NCBI GenBank assembly: GCA_963779755.1
Contig: CAVZZO010000003.1
Location: 960,001 to 1,024,000, forward strand
DNA from: an uncultured Gemmatimonadales bacterium
GTDB lineage: Bacteria > Gemmatimonadota > Gemmatimonadetes > Gemmatimonadales > GWC2-71-9
Reading direction: 5' to 3'
DNA length: 64,000 bases
Positions 57,331-64,000 of this stretch are shown piece by piece. The first letter of the stretch is position 1, and each line of letters starts with the position of its first letter. Position numbers and translations under genes: made by a program. The notes below the pieces were generated by a model. That model was given only the letters and a program-made list of their open reading frames with translations. It made no database searches and had not been told where the DNA came from.

Positions 57331-58098
57331 TCAGGCCGGCTGCAAGCCACTTTCCAGCAGCTCGAGGTCAAACCCCTCCTTGCGGACCCGCAGGTCGTAG
57401 TAGGCCACCGTCAGGGTGCAGTAGATGATGGGGTAGACCAGAATCCGCACCAGACCGCTTGCTACCGTCGCGCCGATCACCGCCGCGGACACATCGCCCG
57501 GCCCGGGAGTCCCCCGGCTGAACAGCAGCGCGATCATGGTGACGCCCATCGACGGAATGATGATAATGATGCCTAACACCAGGAACAGCAGGAACATCTT
57601 GCCCCGGAATCCCCGGGTAAGGCTCCAGGAGCGTCCCAGGGCCTTCATGGCGTCGTGCGACTCCAGGACCAGGGCGGGCGTCGCCACCCCCAGCCCGCAG
57701 GCAATGATGATACCGGGGACAATTAACAGCACGAGTCCCAGACCGGCCAGGAAGGTTGACACGAAGGACAGCACGATCACCTGGCCCAGGAGCGGCAGCG
57801 CCCGGCGCAGGGCGTCGCCCGTACCGAGCGGGCGGCCCAGATAGGCCTCCGAAACCACGTAGGTTGTCGCCGCCGTGGCCAGGGCCGTCATCACGACGGT
57901 GAGGATCATGGTTGCCACCCAGGCCGCGGGGGCCGCCACCAGACCGCCGCGGCTTGCGACGTAGATGTCGAGCACCAGCGGCACCGATGTGGTTGCCAGC
58001 GCGATGAAGAACAGCGTCCGGAAGTCGCGGCGATAGATCGTAAACGACAGGTCGATGATCTCGCCGATGCTGAGCTGCCGGATGGCCAGTTGGGTCAT
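57331..58098 (-). CDS. Integral membrane protein (GDPD-membrane-domain/YciC-like)
   Basis: IRQLSIGEIIDLSFTIYR, ALGRSWSLTRG, YYDLRVRKEGFDLE. Confidence 0.8.
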   Translation of the reverse strand: MTQLAIRQLSIGEIIDLSFTIYRRDFRTLFFIALATTSVPLVLDIYVASRGGLVAAPAAWVATMILTVVMTALATAATTYVVSEAYLGRPLGTGDALRRALPLLGQVIVLSFVSTFLAGLGLVLLIVPGIIIACGLGVATPALVLESHDAMKALGRSWSLTRGFRGKMFLLFLVLGIIIIIPSMGVTMIALLFSRGTPGPGDVSAAVIGATVASGLVRILVYPIIYCTLTVAYYDLRVRKEGFDLELLESGLQPA

Positions 58099-58228
58099 GG
58101 CGCGGCCTCGCAGAAGAGTGGCGGCCAGGAACGCCTGAAGCTGCGGCCCCGGACAGGGGGGCGCAAGGGGCTGAAAATGCTGGCGAATACTCATGGCCGG
58201 CAGCTCAGCGCCACACTAGAATACCTTC

Positions 58229-60139
58229 ATGTCCTCCGACCCCGCTTCCCTCGACGGGTATGCGCAGCGGCTGGCCGTCGAAACCCCCGAGCACGTGGTG
58301 CTCGAGTACGAGATCGGCGGACTCGGCTCTCGCGTGCTGGCCGCGCTGGTCGACGGCTTCCTGCTTGGCTTGTGGCTGATCGCCCTGGCCCTGGTGCTGA
58401 AGCTCTTCGGCACCGCCATTCTCTGGACCGAAATCACGCTGGTGGTCGGGAGCTTCCTGTCGTTCTGGGGATACTTCTTCTTCTTCGAAGCCTTCCGCCA
58501 GGGGCAGACGCCGGGCAAGCGCTTCGCCGGCATTCGGGTCGTGGCCGATACCGGTCACCCCGCACGCGTCGGACCGGCGCTTATCCGCGGGCTGCTGCGC
58601 ATGCTGGATCTCTTCCCCCCCGTCCTGCTGCTCGATGCGGCCCTCATGGTGTTGCACCCGCGGGCCAAGCGGCTGGGCGACATGGTGGCGGGAACGATCG
58701 TGGTACGCGACCGGCCCGAAGCGGTACGTCCGGCTCCCACCACCCCGGAGGAGACGGCGGAAGCCGGCGCCCCCGAACTTCCGGAAGACGAGTTCCGGCT
58801 TCTCAGGGAGTTCACCCAGCGCGCCGCCACGCTGAATCCCGAGGCGCGGCAGCGCCTGGCCACCCGGCTGGAGGCCCGGTTCGCCGAGCGCTATCCGGCG
58901 CGGCCGCCCGACGCGCTGCAGTTTCTCGCCGAGCTCTATCAGGCGGAGCTGACTCGCCGCCGCGGACGCTTCGGCTTCGCCCAGCGAGGCGGCGGGCGAG
59001 CCGAGCGCTTCGTGGCACGGAAACAGGTGCGCTGGGACGAGTTTCAGCAGCAGGCAACCCGGGCCGCCAGCGAAGGGCTCGACAGCTTCAGCGCCGACGC
59101 GTTGCCTGAGTTCGCTGCCCGCTACCGGGAAATCACCGCCGACCTGGCACGCGCCCGTACCTACGGCGCCCCGGTCCCCGTGGTCCAGCGGCTCGAGCGA
59201 CTCGCCGCCGCGGGGCACAACGCGCTCTACCGGGACGAGCGGACGACCGCAAGACGGATCTGGCGGGTACTCATGCGCGAATGTCCTGCCGCCGTGGTCC
59301 AGGCGCGCCGCGCCGTGCTGGTGGCCGCTCTCGCGTTCGGCGGGCCCATGTTGGCCGGCTATTTGCTGATACGCGACCGACCCGGGCTCGCTGGGGAAGT
59401 CCTCCCGGACGGCCTGCTGCGCCGCGCCGAGGCCGGGCGTACCCGGCGCGCGCAGGGACTGGGGTATTACGAAGCCAGCAGGGGGGAGCGCCCGCTAGCG
59501 GCAGCGTTCATCATCACCAACAACGTGAAAGTGGCCTTCGTCTGCTTTGCCGGAGGGGTCTTCGCGGGGGTAGGCTCGCTCTTCCTGCTGTTCTGGAACG
59601 GGCTCTCCATCGGCACCACCTTCGGCCATTTCGCCAACATGGGCCTCTTTTCCTATATCGGTCTCTTCACCCTGGCCCATGGCGCGCTCGAACTCTTTGC
59701 CATCACCGTGGCGGGCGCCGCCGGCCTGTTACTCGGGCTGGCGGTCGTGGCGCCGGGGCGCTGGCGCCGCGGCGACGCGCTGGTCATTCAGGGGCGGGTC
59801 GCGGTGCGCATGGTGGGCGCCGTGGTCGTGATGCTGGCGGTGGCGGGCACGATCGAGGGGTTCGTCTCCACCGGCGGGGGCGGCGTGGCCTACCGGGCCG
59901 CCATGAGTCTCTCGAGTCTGGCGTTTCTCGCGCTCTATCTTGCGAACGGATGGCGCTATCTGCGCCAGCACCGGAGGAGGGTCGCCGCAGGGCCTCAGCG
60001 GAGCCGGCCTGGCCTGAACCCCGCCAGGGCGCGCCGCCCGGGCCAGATCCAGCCGGGGGTGCACCCGGCCCCGCGCGCGGCCCGCCCGCGGGCGGGCCGC
60101 CGGAACCGGCAGAGACGGTGCCGCCGCCGCACTCCCTAG
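58229..60139 (+). CDS. RDD-domain / SpoIIM-domain fusion membrane protein
   Basis: ETPEHV...GSRVLAALVD...GQTPGKR...KRLGDMVAGT (RDD), then YREITADLARART, ITNNVKVAF and HGALEL (SpoIIM). Confidence 0.88.
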   Translation: MSSDPASLDGYAQRLAVETPEHVVLEYEIGGLGSRVLAALVDGFLLGLWLIALALVLKLFGTAILWTEITLVVGSFLSFWGYFFFFEAFRQGQTPGKRFAGIRVVADTGHPARVGPALIRGLLRMLDLFPPVLLLDAALMVLHPRAKRLGDMVAGTIVVRDRPEAVRPAPTTPEETAEAGAPELPEDEFRLLREFTQRAATLNPEARQRLATRLEARFAERYPARPPDALQFLAELYQAELTRRRGRFGFAQRGGGRAERFVARKQVRWDEFQQQATRAASEGLDSFSADALPEFAARYREITADLARARTYGAPVPVVQRLERLAAAGHNALYRDERTTARRIWRVLMRECPAAVVQARRAVLVAALAFGGPMLAGYLLIRDRPGLAGEVLPDGLLRRAEAGRTRRAQGLGYYEASRGERPLAAAFIITNNVKVAFVCFAGGVFAGVGSLFLLFWNGLSIGTTFGHFANMGLFSYIGLFTLAHGALELFAITVAGAAGLLLGLAVVAPGRWRRGDALVIQGRVAVRMVGAVVVMLAVAGTIEGFVSTGGGGVAYRAAMSLSSLAFLALYLANGWRYLRQHRRRVAAGPQRSRPGLNPARARRPGQIQPGVHPAPRAARPRAGRRNRQRRCRRRTP

Positions 60140-60318
60140 TTGTCCCGAAGGATGGTGCGCATTCGCACCGCGAGCGCTTCGATCTCCCGGAGGCTGGCGA
60201 CGGTTTCGGCGTCGAGCTGCGCCTCGTTCAGGAGCAGAAGCTGGGTTTCGGCCAGCAGGGCCGATAAGGGGTTGGCGAGGTCGTGCCGAAGCTTGCTGAG
60301 GCGTTCGCCCTCGGTCAT
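60136..60318 (-). CDS. 60-aa stand-alone histidine-kinase dimerisation/phospho-acceptor (HisKA) domain protein
   Basis: MTEGERLSKLRHDLANPLSALLAETQLLL is an H-box helix with no HATPase domain. Confidence 0.75.
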   Translation of the reverse strand: MTEGERLSKLRHDLANPLSALLAETQLLLLNEAQLDAETVASLREIEALAVRMRTILRDN

Positions 60319-60328
60319 ACGCCCCCGG

Positions 60329-60613
60329 CTAGAGAAGGGATCGGTAGAGATCGCGCAGGTGATGCTCGCGCAGATCGTGCACCGCCTGCCAGAGATCCTG
60401 CTGGGAGGCTCCCCGGAGGATCTCGGCCGTCTCGCGCTCCGGCGCGTCGTCCGAGGCGGCGAACAGCAGCCGGCCACGCCACATGCCATCGTCCGTCTGG
60501 CGCAGGCTCAGACGGGTCAGGATGGTCATGCCTTCGTAGCGAATGGGGGAAAGCTCGTGAATGACAGGTTCGCGAGGATCGTGCGGATGGTGCCGGAGCG
60601 TCTGAACCGTCAT
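60329..60613 (-). CDS. Hypothetical 94-aa protein
   Basis: GAGGA RBS, protein-like composition (DDGMWRGRLLF...RETAEIL...HLRDLYRSL). Confidence 0.7.
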   Translation of the reverse strand: MTVQTLRHHPHDPREPVIHELSPIRYEGMTILTRLSLRQTDDGMWRGRLLFAASDDAPERETAEILRGASQQDLWQAVHDLREHHLRDLYRSLL

Positions 60614-60697
60614 GCGCTTCCTCGGTGACGGGATTCGGGCGGATCGCCCCTGAATCGGCTGAAGATAAGATACAACACAGAGTTAGGAGCGCAATAC

Positions 60698-60861
60698 TAG
60701 TCGTTAGTCGTTAGTCGTTAGTCGTTAGTCGTTAGTCGCTGGTCGCTGGTCGCTGGTCGCTGGTCGCTGGTCGCTGCGACGGTGCGTGGCACGAAGCCCC
60801 GGTCAAAGCCCGGGAGGTATGGTCGAGTGACAAGTGACTAGCGACTAATGACTAACGACTA
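60698..60861. repeat. Facing heptamer arrays (TAGTCGT)x5 grading to (TGGTCGC)x5 ... (GACTARY)n
   Basis: The unit changes gradually along the array; a shorter complementary array lies at ~60826-60861. Confidence 0.9.
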
Positions 60862-61988
60862 AATCACAAACGGCACCGGCACAAACGTCAGCACGAACAC
60901 CGCGATGCAGAGCCAGCCGACCAGGAACCGGCTCCGGGGGACCGTGCGCGCGGGAGCCATCACGGAGGGATGGGTCCAGCGTCCGCCACCCACCAGCAGC
61001 GCCAGCACCACCCAGACGTACCAGCTCCACTGCAGCTGGGCCAGGAGAATCAGCGCCACGATGGTGAGGAAGCCCACGGCGGACTGCCGGCGCCCCAGCA
61101 AACCATAGAGCACATGGCCGCCGTCCAGCTGGCTCAGCGGCAGCAGATTGAGCCCGGTGACGAACATCCCCACCCAGCCGGCGAAGGCCGGCAGACTGAG
61201 ATGCACCGCCTCGGCCCCGGGAAAGAAATGGTCCCGGAAGAGGGAGGTCAGCAGCGAATCGCCCAGCGCCAGCGGATGCCCGGCGAACATGACGAAGGTC
61301 CGGGAGGTCGTCACATCGAGAGGCACGCTGCGGGAGACGGCATAGCCCCAGACCATCACCAGCAGCGCGACGACGAAGCCGGCCAGCGGCCCCGCGGCCC
61401 CCACGTCGAGCAGCTGGCGCCGGTCGAGCACCGGGGAGCGCAGTCGGATGAACGCCCCCAGGCTGCCGATAGGCGACAGCGTCGGCGGGAAGGGCAGGAA
61501 CCAGGGGGGGAGACGTCGATGGCATAGCGCCGGGCCGCGAAATAGTGGCCCAGCTCGTGAATCAGCAGGATACCCAGCAGCGGGGCGGCGAACGACCAGC
61601 CGGGAATGAGATTGCGCCAGCCGCCATGCCAGGACGTGATGAAAAACTGGACGGCCGGGTGCAGGACGTCATAGGGGCCAAAGCCGCTGGCGGGGGCCCA
61701 GGTGCCGCCCAGGGCGGCCCCGGCGCCCAGGGTGCAGAGGACCGTCAGGGCCATGAGGACCAGGTGCAGCAGCCAGCGCTCGGTCCGGGGCGTGCCGGTC
61801 TGGCGGATGAGAATCAGGTGCCCGTGGGCCGGGTCGGGCCAGTAGTACTTGCCCCGCCAGCGGCCCAGCGCCGCCCGCAGCTCCGGTGACGGACCCCGGT
61901 GCTCAGGCGCCACAATCGCGTCAATGATTTCACGGGAGCCGGCGGGGACGATACGCCAGGCGGAGAAGGCGGATATGAGTTCGTTCAC
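60859..61988 (-). CDS. Site-2 protease (M50 family), frameshifted at a 7-nt homopolymer (61504-61510)
   Basis: HELGH is in the upstream frame and NLLPLSQLDGGH in the downstream frame; adding one C restores SPPWFLPFP...IGSLGAFIR. Confidence 0.88.
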
Positions 61989-61996
61989 GCTGGCCC

Positions 61997-62025
61997 TTGA
62001 CGGGGTTCCGGGGAAAATCTATGAT
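61997..62025 (+). promoter_or_regulatory. Sigma-70 promoter of rho
   Basis: TTGACG-N17-TATGAT. Confidence 0.75.
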
Positions 62026-62187
62026 TGAGCGCTTCCTCAGACCTTGGCATCTCCCCGACACTATCGCCCCGGCCCAACCCGACCCCGGGCAAACGAATAT
62101 CCGGCCCTCTCCAGATCATTCTCTTCCTGTCGCGGGACGCCCATACGGGCGCGACCGTTGGCCCCTCCTCGATGGAGCCTGTTCTCC

Positions 62188-63435
62188 GTGGATATCGCTG
62201 AACTGAAGCAGAAATCCGTAGCGGAACTGCACGCCCTGGCCGAGCAGTTGAACATCACCAACTACAGCGGCCTTCGCAAGCAGGATCTCATCTTCCGCAT
62301 CGAGCAGTCCCTGCTCGATGCCGACACCGTCATTCGGGGGGAGGGGGTGCTGGAAATCCTCCCCGAAGGCTACGGTTTCCTCCGCAGCCAGGACTGGAAC
62401 TACCTCTACGGTCCCGACGACATCTACGTCAGCCCCAGCCAGATCAAGCGGTTCGATCTGCGCACCGGCGACACCGTGAGCGGGCAGGTCCGCCCCCCCA
62501 AGGAGGGCGAGCGCTACCTGGCCCTGCTCAAGGTCGAGAGCGTCAACTTCGAGGAGCCGGAGAAGACCAAGCACCGGATCGCCTTCGACAACCTCAAGCC
62601 CCGCTACCCCGATCAGCGCATCCGCCTGGAGCGCAAGACGGGCGACCTCTCCATGCGGGTGGTGGACCTGCTCTCGCCCATCGGCAAGGGACAGCGCGGG
62701 CTCATCGTGGCCCCGCCCAAGGCCGGCAAGACCATCCTGCTGCAGAAGCTGGCCAACGCCATCAGCGAGAACCATCCCGAGATCGTCCTCATCGTGCTGC
62801 TGATCGACGAACGGCCCGAAGAGGTCACCGACATGCAGGAGAACGTAGAGGCCGAAGTCATCGCCTCGACCTTCGACGAGCCGGCCGACCGCCACGTGCA
62901 GGTGGCCGACATGGTCATCGAGAAATCCAAGCGGCTGGTGGAGCACGGCCGGGATGTCGTCATCCTGCTGGACTCCATCACCCGGCTGGCCCGGGCCCAC
63001 AACGTCGTGGTCCCCCATTCGGGCAAGATCCTCTCCGGCGGCGTGGACGCCAACGCGCTGCAGAAGCCCAAGCGCTTCTTCGGGGCCGCCCGCAATATCG
63101 ACGGCGGCGGCAGCCTCACCATCATCGCCACCGCCCTCATCGACACCGGCAGCCGCATGGACGAGGTGATCTTCGAGGAGTTCAAGGGTACCGGCAACAT
63201 GGAGCTGGTGCTGGACCGGCGCCTGGCCGACCGCCGCATCTACCCCGCCATCGATATTCAGCGGACCAGCACCCGGAAGGAAGAGCTCCTCATGGACAAG
63301 GACGAGCTCAACCGGGTCTACCTCCTGCGCAACTTCCTGGCCGACATGCCGCCGGTCGAGGCGCTCGAATTCCTGCTGGAGCGGATGAAGCGCACCAAGA
63401 ACAACAAGGAGTTCTTCGCGACGATGGCGCAGTGA
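62188..63435 (+). CDS. rho: Transcription termination factor Rho
   Basis: [55 protein letters not shown]. Confidence 0.98.
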   Translation: MDIAELKQKSVAELHALAEQLNITNYSGLRKQDLIFRIEQSLLDADTVIRGEGVLEILPEGYGFLRSQDWNYLYGPDDIYVSPSQIKRFDLRTGDTVSGQVRPPKEGERYLALLKVESVNFEEPEKTKHRIAFDNLKPRYPDQRIRLERKTGDLSMRVVDLLSPIGKGQRGLIVAPPKAGKTILLQKLANAISENHPEIVLIVLLIDERPEEVTDMQENVEAEVIASTFDEPADRHVQVADMVIEKSKRLVEHGRDVVILLDSITRLARAHNVVVPHSGKILSGGVDANALQKPKRFFGAARNIDGGGSLTIIATALIDTGSRMDEVIFEEFKGTGNMELVLDRRLADRRIYPAIDIQRTSTRKEELLMDKDELNRVYLLRNFLADMPPVEALEFLLERMKRTKNNKEFFATMAQ

Positions 63436-63515
63436 CGGCGAGCGGTAAGCGGTGAACGGGCCCTCCCGGATGCCCCCTCACGCGCCCGCTCACCGCTCAC
63501 TGCTCACCGCTTACC
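63436..63515. repeat. Facing heptamer arrays (GGTRAGC)n ... (GCTCACC)n
   Basis: cggcgagcggtaagcggtgaacggg faces cccgctcaccgctcactgctcaccgcttacc. Confidence 0.8.
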
Positions 63516-63523
63516 TTCCAGGA

Positions 63524-63982
63524 ATGTCGGATCTCCTCCCGCCCACCGGCCGGCTCATCGCCCTCGACTGGGGCGAACGGCGCATCGGCATCGCCCTCTC
63601 CGATGAATCACAGCTCCTGGCCCGGCCGCTCGATACCCTGGTGCGCCGCGCCGGTAAGCGGTTTCCGCTGCGCCGGTTCCTGGAACTGGTGGAAGAGCAC
63701 CAGCCGGTGGGGGTGGTCGTAGGGCTCCCCCTGACGCCCGAGGGCGGCGAGGGCACCAGCGCGGGCGCCGCGCGGGAATTGGCCCGCCAGGTGGAAGGGG
63801 CCACCAGGCTCCCGCTCCTGCTCTGGGACGAACGCCTGAGCACCGTCCGCGCCCTGAAGACGGTGCGGGAACAGGGCGGCAGCACCCGCGGCCGCCGGGA
63901 AGAGGTCGACGCGCTGGCCGCCTCGATCCTGCTGCAGCACGTGCTCGACGCGCGCCGCCACGGCATTACCTCCAGTCTCTGA
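63524..63982 (+). CDS. ruvX: YqgF/RuvX nuclease (pre-16S rRNA processing)
   Basis: IALDWGERRIGIALSD, VVGLP, WDERLST, VDALAASILLQ. Confidence 0.93.
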   Translation: MSDLLPPTGRLIALDWGERRIGIALSDESQLLARPLDTLVRRAGKRFPLRRFLELVEEHQPVGVVVGLPLTPEGGEGTSAGAARELARQVEGATRLPLLLWDERLSTVRALKTVREQGGSTRGRREEVDALAASILLQHVLDARRHGITSSL

Positions 63983-64000
63983 TGCGACGCCTCCGAACGG

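Noticed and set aside
63982..64000. Start of a following gene (ATG overlapping the ruvX stop)
   Set aside because: Only six codons are visible, too few to identify.

Overview
High-GC bacterial chromosomal segment, most consistent with Gemmatimonadota (inferred from gene content, not tested). No integrase, transposase, prophage or CRISPR-cas was recognised. In order, the window holds: the 5' part of atpA with a Rex/CRP-type operator; a ClC-CBS anion transporter with atypical motifs; mlaE-mlaF-mlaD-NUDIX-AraC; a sigma-70 factor; seven tRNA genes in total; gpmA; and a 53-bp/8-bp composite repeat array between a predicted promoter and tRNA-Pro. Next come an envelope/stress block (LuxR, DUF2231, beta-barrels, CBS, Gln/Met-rich protein, UspA), a Tat amidase, MscS, a kynurenine-route tryptophan catabolism cluster and two tandem Ig-repeat lipoproteins. 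The second half has a carbohydrate/amino-compound cluster with an ABC importer and a GH38, a TPR-DUF58-MoxR-DUF4350-DUF4129/RDD-SpoIIM locus, a site-2 protease, rho and ruvX. Three observations stand out: (1) five upstream regions share an 11-bp-phased YTCAN repeat followed 11 bp later by a -10-like hexamer, suggesting one regulon; (2) a 45-bp structured cassette sits in phase within an octamer microsatellite in the putative tRNA-Pro leader; (3) many intergenic 7/8/9-mer arrays occur, often in facing inverted pairs. Three genes show single frameshifts that are probably sequencing errors.
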